Position numbers and translations under genes: made by a program
Source: Salpingoeca rosetta
Taxonomy: Eukaryota; Protista; Choanoflagellata
NCBI GenBank assembly: GCA_033442325.1
Contig: JAWQFM010000033.1
Span: 62,001 to 126,000 of the forward strand
DNA: 64,000 nucleotides
Direction: 5' to 3'
Notes under the pieces: model-generated
The model's database searches: none
What the model was told of the DNA's origin: nothing
What the model saw: only the letters and a program-made list of their open reading frames with translations
In this document: positions 1 to 11,267 of the stretch, piece after piece
Layout of the letters: the number at the start of each line of letters is the position of its first letter
How positions within the stretch are numbered: the first letter of the stretch is position 1

Positions 1-2907
1 CTTGAGACAGCAAAGGTGTTTATGTGCGGCGATTACGGCATTGGCAAAACGACCATGATCGAGTCGCTGGCTGGAAGCTATTTTCGCCAATTGCTGTTTG
101 CGGCCTGGCAACCACGTGACGATCCAGACCGTCCAAATGAGCGTACACCCGGAATCCGGGTTTGTGAAATGAAACTCCAAGACACCACAAGCCACACCAG
201 CGATGAAGTCGCTTCCTTGCGTGTCTACGACTTTGGAGGACAGTGGGCCTATCACGTCATTCACACCCTGATGATGTCTGATCGATTTGCCGCCTTTGTC
301 GTTTGCGTCGACCTCTCCCAGCCTGAACAGCACGTGAAGGAACACGTCAACTACTGGCTTCGTTTCATCTGCACAAGACTCCAGCAAGGTGTAGCAGCTG
401 CCACCGCAACCGCAGATGGAGACGGGATAGAAAACACGAAGCCGCGTGTTCTCATCGTTGGAACGAAGAGGGACCTTGCCTTCCAGAAGACCCTTGTGGA
501 TGAACGTGGACAGCCCCCTTGGGGTGCAGCAATGGTCGCCCATCTGAAGAGAACGTTCGGCGGCATCGTTGACATCCAAGATCCCCTCATCTCACTCAAC
601 TGTTATCAAAGTGGTGAGGCCGGATTTATTGAGCTCCGGGCACAACTTTTTCAACACTGGTGTCAGCTGAAGGAACGCAAGCTTGTCGTCCCCAGAGTCG
701 TGGATCTGCTTGCCACAACCCTCCAATCAGCCCGGAAAGAGAAACCAGCGTGGACCATTGATGCCCTCTTTCAGTTTACCCTAACACATGCCCCTGGACT
801 CGGTTTGACCTCCTTTGGCATGCCAACGTTTTATTCTGCGTTGAGGTACTCTTGAAACGCCTTGCTCATTTGTCATCCATGTTGTGCAAACAGTTCACTG
901 ACTTCAGTGCAAATGCTAGAATTCTGACACATCCGCTGCCCCTGTTACCTATGCTTCTCACACATGTTCGCAGGTACCTCCACGCACGCGGCGATTTGCT
1001 GTGGTACTCGAACAACCCCTCCTTGCAGGATTCTGTCTTCGTCGACCCCAACTGGCTGCTTCATGACGTGCTGGGGAGAGCACTGACGCCGGATGGCGTG
1101 CAGCAAGGCTCCATCACCACGAAAGGTGTCGTAACATTCACGGACCTGGAAACCGCATTTGATGGCGTCGCCAGCGCAGACCTCGTCATCAACGTGCTGC
1201 AGCACACGCTCCTCTGCTTCGAGCTGTCGCCTTCTGACGATGGGCAACGGCGATTCATGCTGCCGAGCCGCGTTGAGGAGGAGGTCGATCTCGCAACCGC
1301 CTGGTCACGAAGCAAGTGGCCGCTCTACGCCGGACGACGGCTGGTGGTCGAGAACCACGCGCTTGCGCTGCCACCTGGCTTCTTTCCGCACGTGCAGACA
1401 CTGCTGCACAAATCGTTTGGGGCAACACTGAAGGTGTGGCAAGATGCCTTCTTCTGCAAGCGCGATGGCGTGCAATGCCTTGGACTTCTGCGAGATGATC
1501 GAGAAGTGGACGTGTGGGTTCGCGCATCCGCTGGTGCAGAGTGCAGCGCTTGGAGCTGCATGATGGAGGTAAGGACGAACAGATGTGCGTGAATTGACGC
1601 GCATATGTGTGCATGCGTGTCTTGCCAATGTGGTGGGTTGTAGCTGAATCTGCGTTTGTCTTCACAGCGATTTCCTTCTTCCTTTCACGTCCGTTTGCTT
1701 TCACAAACCACCACAGATCGTCTCCTTCCTGCAAGAAGATGCGAGCGGCATCGACCACGTCCAACACGTCCTCAGCGTGAATCACTTGCAGCAGCACCAC
1801 GATTACCCCGCCAGCCGCCCCATCACAGACCTGGAGGACCTCGCCTTGCATGACCTCGTCGACTTCGCAGACGACGACAATCCACCCACGCGACTCGGGG
1901 ATCTGCTCGTACATAACCCCATCCTGACAGCACGCTGGCACCAACCTGGGCACGAGTGGCACCACCCTCGTTGGCGACTTGATGACAGCTTCGACCGCTC
2001 GTTGCAGTGGACTGGACCTGGCGCTCACGGCGTGTACTCTGTATCTCTTCCGCCAGACACAGACCTGTACCGATGGATAGAGAGCCAGATGACGTCGGGC
2101 CTCACCCTGTCGCGCGTGGAGATGACCAAGTCCACCACGATGCTGCGTGCCTTTCAGACGCAAGTCCAGCGGTCAGCGACGCGTCGTGGTGACACTGAGC
2201 CGTCAAATCCCTTCAACCAAGACTTTGGAGCTAGTGACCCGGAGAAGCGCGCCATGCTTGACCGGCTCAAGACGCAGTTTGCACGAACACCCGGTGGCGT
2301 GAACCATGTCAACGTCCTCGTTGCCTGGCACGGCTGCGACGAGGCTGTCGCTGGCAGCATCAGTGCGTGCGGGGCAGCGAACTTTAGCAGCCCGGGCGAC
2401 CGTGGCTTCTTTGGGTCTGGTATCTACCTCACACCACAGGCAAGCTATGCCGCAGGCTACTCGACACGCCTGCTCACTGGAGGTTGGCGTCCACCCAACG
2501 CAGATGGTGAGCACGTGTTGTTGTTGTGCGCTTCCAGCGTTGGCCTGGCGTACCCGATCACCCGAGCCGCAGATTACCCTCATGGCTCGAATGAATGCTC
2601 CTACTACGGGAAGCCTTTTGATGAAAGCCAGGACACGCACTATGTCCAGGTGACACGCACCACCAACTTCCAGGCCACCCGCACCGCGGGCACGTTTGAC
2701 TTTGAGGAATACGTCTTCTCGCAAGAAGTGCAAGTTCTGCCGTTTGCCAAGGTGTTTGTGAAGGTGCGGAGGGATGAGTTGCGGGCGCACCTGGAATCTC
2801 CTCCAAGCATTACGATTCCCGTGGCTCCTGAGACTGCTGGCGATGATGGCGGTGATGACGACGATCAGGACGGTGTAGAGGATGGAGAGGCGGAGTCGAG
2901 TGCGTGA
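1..2907 (+). CDS. ROCO-family protein, 5' truncated: Roc GTPase + COR + C-terminal PARP-like ADP-ribosyltransferase catalytic domain. Exons <1-845, 974-1568, 1717-2907
   Basis: Roc motifs: P-loop GDYGIGKT, switch I ERTPGI, G3 YDFGGQ, G4 GTKRD. COR-like segments LRYLHARGDLLWY, VFVDPNWL, RFMLPS, LPPGFFPHVQ. PARP-like motifs WHG (2326-2334), GFFGSGIYLT (Y at 2425-2427), FEEYVF (2701-2718). Introns 846-973 and 1569-1716 are GT-AG and join the three ORFs in frame. Confidence 0.85.
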
Positions 2908-3104
2908 ATAGCGTGTATGTGTGTATGTGTGTATGTGTGTGATTGCAACACGATAGTTTGTGCCGCGTTCGTTTGCTTCACTGATGGTGCTGTTCGACAT
3001 TCTGGCTGGTATTCTCCATTGCAACCGTTTTCCTATCACAGTCACGCTGCTGTTACAACTTTGATGTTGAGTTGGCGTGTTGCAGCTCGACGTGTCGCCG
3101 CTTG

Positions 3105-3232
3105 ACGTGTTGTTTAAGTTGTTTAAGTTGTTGTTGTTGAAGTTGTTGTTAAAGTTGTTGTTGTTGTTGTTGTTTAAGTTGTTGTTGTTGTTATTGTTGT
3201 TTAAGTTGTTGTTGTTGTTATTGTTGTTGTTA
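3105..3232. repeat. Interrupted (TTG)n microsatellite
   Basis: TTG repeats interrupted by TTTAAG/TTGAAG, downstream of the ROCO gene. Confidence 0.9.
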
Positions 3233-3852
3233 CTTCTCCTTTCTCCTCTTTTCTCTTGTTTTCTCTTGCTCTCATCTCATGTCTCCACCTCCCCTCTTTG
3301 CTCCTTTTGCATGTAAGCACAACTCATTTCTGTTTGTAATGAACTGATGGTTGTCATCAACATGAAACTCAACATCCATCACGCTCATCACATTCATCAC
3401 AACACAACCACTTGAACTCCCCCATCCCTCACTCGCACCAAAGAAATCATGCAAAGCTGTATCCAAGCCACAACCAAGAACACCAGAACCCTGCATCCTT
3501 GCCCCAATTCCCCACTTCCTCATTGCACCAATGCAAGTGGCTTCAAGAACAGGTCCTCACGCAACAAGTTGTCCAGTTCGTCGTGCTGTCGTGTGCGTTG
3601 CATAGGTGCACGCAAGGATGCCCGAGCAAACCGTTGCACGCTTTCATCAACGGAAAGATGCCCTCTGATAGACCGTCATAGACTGTGTAATGTAAGTGCC
3701 ACTCGTGCGCGCCAAGCATCGAGAGTGACATGGCTGAGAACAACCAGCACAAGGCAACAGATTAACTGTGCAACACAGTGCAAATTAACAACACACAAAC
3801 AAACAATAATGTCATTGACGACACCGTCGCAACGCTCGAGAAGGTTTGTGAC

Positions 3853-6047
3853 TCAGACGTCGGTGGACGTTGGCGCATCAGCAGCGTCACCAAGCTCAGG
3901 CGGTGACGGGTGGCGCGTTGAGAGCGGGAAGCCGCTGTCCACGCGGGCGGTACCATCCAGCTTGGCAGCCATGATGGCATCAGTCACGGTTGGTTCAGTG
4001 GCGCTTGGTTTAGTCTCGCCCGGTTCCGCCAACCACACGCCCTCCGCAAACAGGGAGGAAACGCTACCGGGCTGGGTGGTGCTTGCAGACTTGGTGCTGC
4101 GAGTGTGTCCAAGAGCCACCTCAGCGTCGCGCTTGCCTTCATCGGATGTGTTGGAGAAGTAGCCAGAGGCATCCGCCATCGACAGATCGCCGTGCTGCTG
4201 CCGCTGCTGCAACGACAGCTCTTGCTGCTGCTGCTGCCGCCGCTGCTGGTCGTCATTTGGAGTTGTACCAGCTGCCTCATCTGCCTCATTGGCAGGGGCA
4301 GTGGTTGGTGTCTCCACCGCAGCGTCATCATCCTCCTCATCCTCCTCGTGCTTCTCCGTCAGTGTCGGCGGGATTGTCACCTGGCTGCTGCTGTTGACGC
4401 CTTCGCTGCCGTTGGTGTTGGTGTTGGTGTTGGTGTTGGCGTTGTCAAAGTCAACGCTCGCACGGAGCGACTCCGGGTACATGACCTTGAGCACGTTGGA
4501 GATGGACACGTGGCGGTCGCCAAGACCATCGCCGCCGTCACCAGTGGTGGTCTTCTTCTTGCGGCCGAAGCGACCGGCGGATGCAGACTTGGTCCTGCGC
4601 ATGTATCCTGGCTGCTCCTCGTCAGGCACCTCTGGCAGCGTGATCGTTTCCGTCAGCGTGCGGCGAAGGCGGCCGTTCAGCATCACCTCGTGCACACCGC
4701 GCTCAACCACAGTCTGCTCCTGTTGCTGCTGCTGCTGCTGCTGTTGTTGATACTTCTTGCGGGCCACCTCATCGGCAGGAACCTCGCGCTGCATCTCCAG
4801 CAGCTGCCGTCGCGCCTCCACCTGCTCGCGCCTTAGTGGCGGCGCTGACGGGTTGGGCTGCGGCTCAACACTACCCGGTGCATCCATGGCGAGGGTTGTG
4901 GCCGTCGTGGTGTCAGCATCGGCCTTCTCCTCATCGCCATCACTGGTGTCGTGCTGCTGCTGCTGCTGTTGCTGTTTCTCGTCATCGTTGCTTGTGGTCC
5001 TGTTTCTGTTCTCCAGGGCCGCCACCTTCTGCCGTGCTCGCGTAATCACAGACAGATCACCGGCCTCTGCGCTGCTCGCGGTGGCAGCGGTGGTGGACGT
5101 CAGTTGGGCTTTGTTGTTTGCACCAGCTGCTTGCTCGGATGTGCCGGCGTCATCACCATCTCCACCGTCACCGTCGTCACCATCAGCTTCGGCCATCTCC
5201 TCTGGCAGCTGTGTCTTGCTGTGCTTGGTCTCAATGAGCGCGGCGGTGTCGCTGCTGCTGGCGTGGTCGATGTCGGCTGCAATGAGGAAGTACGTCTGCA
5301 TCTTGCCCTTGCCCTTGATGTGCATGGCCTTGCGTGGCTCCAGCACCATGTCAGGCGCCTGCTTGGACACCAGCTCAGCCGCAGCCTCAGACATGTGGAT
5401 GCGGTTCTTCTCGCTGTTGCTTTCCATCCGTGACGCCGTGTTGACCTGGGGTAGTGGTGGTACGGAAGTGGAGGATGTGTTGGTTGACGAGAGTTGGCGT
5501 GAGGATGCGTGATGAGAGGGTGGGGACAAGGGGTGGGGAGAGAGCAGGCAAAGAAGGCGTGATACAACAGTGGCAGACACACACACACACAGACAAGCAC
5601 ACACACAAGCACAGACACAGACACACACAGGCAGACACACACTCCCACACACACACATACACACACACACACACAAATTAGCACCCAATGCGCACCGTGT
5701 CGCCGAAGAGGCAGTATCGTGGGTTCTTCGTGCCAACGACGTTTGCGACGACGGGGCCGGAGTGGAAGCCAACGCGGATGTTGACGCAGCCGAGGTCTGG
5801 CTCGTCCTCCTTGATCAGCGTGCTGTTGGCGGCCTTGACAGCGGCGACGGCGAAGCGGCCGACGCGCGCAGCGTGGTCCTTCTGCTCCTTCATCAGGTTT
5901 GTCACTGAGGGTGTGCAAAGTAGGGGGAAGAGGGCAGAGAGAAGTGTGGTGATGGTGAGGATGTTGGATGAGATGAAATAACTTGCGTGTCGTGACGATG
6001 AGATTCGTGAAAGCCAACACATACACACACAACACACACATAGACAT

Positions 6048-6127
<80 letters not shown>

Positions 6128-7065
6128 GCACGCACTCCAGCTGACCTTTGCGCGGAACTTTGAGTCGACGAGGACGTTGAGGGACTTGAGGTCGCCGTGG
6201 ATCAGGGGCGGATCGCTCGAGTGCAGGAAGCGGCAGCCAGAGACAACATCGAGCGTCTGGTGGTGGTGGTGGTGGTGGCGGAGCACGGATAGCGAGTGAG
6301 CACACAGTCATGATGCGATGACAAACATAAAGACATGCCCCGCTTGGTTGTCACACACACACACACACACACACGCACGCACATACACATACGCGCATAT
6401 ACACAAGCAATGCAATGACCCGGCCCCCCTCCTCACCAACACCACACACGTGCGCCATCTTACGAGGTAGTAGCGTGTCTCTCCGTCGAGCTCCATGGTT
6501 TCGTTGTGCAGGATGGAGTAGAGGGTGCCCAGGTCCATGTGCTCCATCACCATCATCGGCTCGCACCCCTTCATCATCACCGCCCCCATGACCGTTGTCA
6601 CACACGGGTGGCGCAGCTTGGACAGCGTGCGCATCTCCTTGACAAAGTTCGCGCGCATACGGCGGACGGTGGCGCGGGTGGTGGTGTTGTGGATGAGACG
6701 GCTGAACAGCGAGCGGGAGCGTGAGCGGCCCGAGAGCTGCGTCGTGGACTGGCTGCGGTGGATGTGCTGGGCCGCGGCCTCGTCAAACAGCTGCAGGCAA
6801 GGGAAGAGGAGGTTGAGTGGGGGCAAGGAGAAGTGAGCAAGGCGTGTGAGACGGTGCCATGAAGGGTTTGGAGTGAGGCAGAGACAGGGTTGTGTTGGAT
6901 GGTGACGAAGATCTGACGAATGGACGGACAGGCAGATAGACAGAAGAGACAGAGGGCAGATGAACGCATGCACATCCACATACTTTCAATCCTGTTCACT
7001 CACACACACATATACACACACATACACACATATACACACACGCACGCACACACATGCGCGCGCAT

Positions 7066-7134
<69 letters not shown>

Positions 7135-8082
7135 CACACACACACACACACACGCACGCACGCACACACACACACATACACACACGCGTCCAAGCTCATC
7201 GCACCTCCATGATGTAGTTCATGGCGCGGAGTTCGCGCGTGCGTGTGGACTGCATCTGCGACGCCAGCCGCGACTTGGACTTGGACCGGCGCACACCGCG
7301 AGACGACCCGCTCATGTTGGAGCCAGCCGCGTTCGACCCGCGGGCTGCACGGATGCCGGCCATAATCTCGGGGCTCAGCACGCCCTGCTTGTCGCGTGTG
7401 GCACGGGAGGCGTGACGAGCACGTGAGTGTGCATCTGATGAGCCAACGCGCTTCACGGCGACGGCGGTGCCGCGGTATTCGCCCTTGACAACAACGCCGT
7501 ATGTGCCGACGCCGAGGACCTCGACCGGGTCATCAAACTTGAGCTCGTAGGGGCGGATGTGCCAGAGGAGGTCGGACTTGTGCTGCTGGTGGCGCATGGC
7601 GAACCACACAATGACGACGACGGCGCCAACCACGGGGATGAGCACCGTCACAGCCAGTACGGCGATGGGCGCACACGCGCCACCAAAGTTGATGTACCCG
7701 CTGTCGCACTGGCACGTCCCACGCCGGGTAAGGCGGGAGTGCGTCGGACACGCAGGCTCGCAGGGCTGGCACAGACAGTCAAAGTCCTCACGGCAGTCGA
7801 GACCAGCGAGTGAGCAGCCGGAAGCGACGAGTTCAGGGGACTGCTTGTTGTATCCAAAGGGACACACGACGGCATCGATGAGGTTCTTCGTGCGTACACA
7901 GCGGAAGGAGCCGAGGTCGTCCGCAAACATCACGCCCAGCGACACCTAGTGAAGGTTCGTGGTGGCAGGTGGTGGTGAGAGGTGAGATGGTGGTGGTGGG
8001 AAGTGAGATGGTGGTGAGAACAGTGCAAGTGGCTCGTAGATGTATATCGTGACGCTGCACATACACACACACACACACGCAC

Positions 8083-8132
<50 letters not shown>

Positions 8133-8632
8133 TTGCTACCTGCAGGGCGCGTGTGGCGGTGTATGACTTTGGCGGCTGCCAGGCGGCGTAGCGGCCAGCA
8201 ATGGCATACTCGGACGCGCTGTCGATGCTCAGGAGCGCATTCACCACAGCAGACTGCACCTGAGGTGGCGGTGAGGGGGATAGCGATGATGGTGATGGTG
8301 ATAGCGGTGGTGGTGGTGGTGGTGGTGTGAGGGTCACTGCAGGATGATGGCACAAGAGCCGGGCACACAGCAATCACTTCTTACGGCGACAACGCGTGAC
8401 ATGAGCATGAACAGCACCGCGACGCAGAGGCGGGAATAACGACAATACGAGGAACACACCTCCCACGGGACGTTGGGGAGCACAGCAAGGGTCCATTCTG
8501 GGGAGAGGACGGATGAGGACGTGATGAAGGGGTAGACGTCACCCTCTGTGGTGATGACGTTCTCTGCATGTAGCACCTTGATCTTCTTCAGATCCAGGCC
8601 GCTGTTCTCAACATGGTCTGCCCTCGGCATCG

Positions 8633-8714
<82 letters not shown>

Positions 8715-8921
8715 GTGCGGGGGGGGGGGAAGAGGCAGGGCAATAGCGTGAGCACGTCATTTTGGCTGCGAACGAGTTTGCATTGCCAGGGAAGAAAGAG
8801 AACTGGAATGGGGAAGGCGACGGGGACAGCAAGAGACGGAGAGTAAGAAGCATACACACACAGACACACAGACACACAGACACACAGACACACAGGCACA
8901 CAGACACACAGACACACCACA

Positions 8922-8972
<51 letters not shown>

Positions 8973-9195
8973 CACACATACACCACACACGGACCTTCGA
9001 GGACGCCGCTGGTGACGAAGCCGACGTCGCTGTTTCCCTCCAGGACCTGAGCAATCACCTCATCCTCGTCATTGGTAAACTTGATCTGTCGAAGGGAACA
9101 GGAAGCAAAGTTGACATTATGATTTAGTCGCACGAGTGTAAGAGGACGAAGATAGCAGAGGAGGTGTTGATATCACACACGCACACACGCACGCA

Positions 9196-9265
<70 letters not shown>

Positions 9266-9630
9266 TGCACACACACACACACACACACACGCACACACAT
9301 GTACAGAGCTGCACACCTGCTGCGTGTCGATGAGAAAGTCGAGGCCTGCGTCGCGGAGCGTGCCCCACTGTGCCTGGAACCCGCCAAAGGTGATGAAGGA
9401 CACGGCAGCGACTGTCTTGCCGGCAATATCAGGCGCGCTGTTGATGTCGTCGCGGTCGGCACGCGTGAAGATGACGGCGCCAAACTGACTCAGCTGCTCG
9501 CCTGAGGGAGGGCGGTGGTGGAGGAGGCGAATGGGTATGAGTGTGAGACTGAAGAGACGTAATACTGAATGCAAACAGCAACTAACAGATGACCACAGAC
9601 CTACAGTTCCTCAGTTCCACAGGTCCACGG

Positions 9631-9691
<61 letters not shown>

Positions 9692-9701
9692 AGCACACAC
9701 A

Positions 9702-9748
<47 letters not shown>

Positions 9749-10090
9749 ACTTCACAAACAAGCACACACACATATACACATATACACACAGACACACACA
9801 GACACACACAGTCATACACAGGCACATACGCAGGGGTGCTCACGTACACACACACGCACACTCACACGCAATATGGATGTGACGCGCCCATCCCACGCTT
9901 TTCTACCGATGGAGAGGAGGGGTGTGTGCGCCAGACTATGTCCTNNNNNNNNNNNNNNNNNNNNNNNNNNNNNNNNNNNNNNNNNNNNNNNNNNNNNNNN
10001 NNNNNNNNNNNNNNNNNNNNNNNNNNNNNNNNNNNNNNNNNNNNCACAGACACACACAGACACACACAGACACACACAGACACACACACA

Positions 10091-10126
<36 letters not shown>

Positions 10127-10667
10127 TACAATGCATGTACGCACGCACCGAGCACTTTGCGACGGAGAGTGAGGAGCGATGCCAGCCCAAACTCTGCCTC
10201 GCCGCAGGTAAAGAGGGCCGGGTTGGCAAAGGTGAAGTCGTAGTCGCCGTCGCGGCCATTATCAAGCATATCGCGGAAGCGAAGCGGATACGAGCGAAAC
10301 TTGACGAGGCCGTTGAACTTGGGCGACACGACGCTGTTCAGGTACTCGTTGAAGGTGCGCCCCATGGACTGGTTGTACCGGTCAAAGCCTGCTCGTGATC
10401 AGTGGTGGGAGACGGGAGACAAAATGTGGCATTGCATGAGCTGTGTGAGTGCGCAAGTTGGAAGGACGAAGAAGCAACTGGGAAACAAGCCAGCGGAGCA
10501 GGGAGGCAGGCGCGTGCGTACGAAGCCACACGCTTCTCGAGAAAAGGCAAAGCCAACGCGTCTTGCACCATACACACTCTCACACATGCCCACATGCACA
10601 CAGACACACAAGTACACCTCCACACACACAGACATCCATAGACACCCCCCCACACCTCCACACACAG

Positions 10668-10719
<52 letters not shown>

Positions 10720-10910
10720 AGGCACACAAAAGTCGCACCTCGGTCGGTGAGAGCACCGATGACGTATGTGTACTGCGTGGCAGTGTCGTTGTTGGGAAGG
10801 GTGATGGTCTTGGTTGTGACGGCAGACGTAGGAGGGATGCAGAAGATGGCTAGTGCCAAAAGACAGGTCGCGACTGCAACCGACGCGGGTCGGTGGAGCT
10901 GCGTTGTCAT
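3853..10910 (-). CDS. Receptor-type guanylyl cyclase: signal peptide, PhnD/phosphonate-binding-like ectodomain, Cys-rich region, TM, protein kinase domain, class III cyclase, long low-complexity tail. Exons 10910-10739, 10388-10149, 9501-9317, 9085-8995, 8617-8460, 8259-8140, 7945-7205, 6790-6464, 6256-6146, [exons apparently missing], 5904-5696, 5445-3853
   Basis: Hydrophobic N-terminus. Solute-binding-like motifs [76 protein letters not shown]. Kinase motifs [30 protein letters not shown]. Cyclase motifs [40 protein letters not shown]; the Cys in RYC is the guanylyl-type specificity residue. Splice phases are consistent except at the 6146/5904 join. Confidence 0.85.
6049..6133. repeat. (CA)n microsatellite; representative of dozens in the window (e.g. 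7068-7130, 24560-24671, 24869-24946, 29466-29573, 33391-33500, 35393-35536, 45919-45998, 51254-51421, 51798-51900, 56370-56462, 62289-62383)
   Basis: Seen directly; mostly intronic or flanking genes. Confidence 0.95.
8631..8713. repeat. Pure (GTT)n microsatellite, intronic
   Basis: Seen directly, just before the acceptor at 8618-8619 of the minus-strand cyclase gene. Confidence 0.95.
9945..10044. other. Assembly gap (100 N) inside an intron of the receptor cyclase gene
   Basis: Run of N seen directly, next to (CA)-rich repeats. Confidence 0.99.
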
Positions 10911-11216
10911 GACTGTTCTGTGTGAAGGGACTTGGGATCAGCGCGGATTGGTGGGCGGTCGAAGAACAAAGGAGAGAGAGAGAGGGAGGGCTACCCAAGG
11001 ATGGGGATCCAAAGAAGGTCACGGAAGGTGTCTGCCGTTGAGCTCGCCAAGTCGCTGAGAGGAGAAAAGGTTCTTCGTATGTGGCAACGGCGTCAAGCTG
11101 TTGTTTCACGCCTTCTTGCTTGGCGGCGAGGTTGGTTAAGGGCGTGGATGTGGCTGATGAAGGTCGACGAAGAAAATGGCCATCAACCCATGGCATTGCC
11201 AGCAAACCACCCCACC

Positions 11217-11267
<51 letters not shown>

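Noticed and set aside
1255-3045. Minus-strand ORFs 1255-2163 and 2203-3045
   Set aside because: Antisense to the ROCO-PARP exons, which carry all the recognisable motifs.
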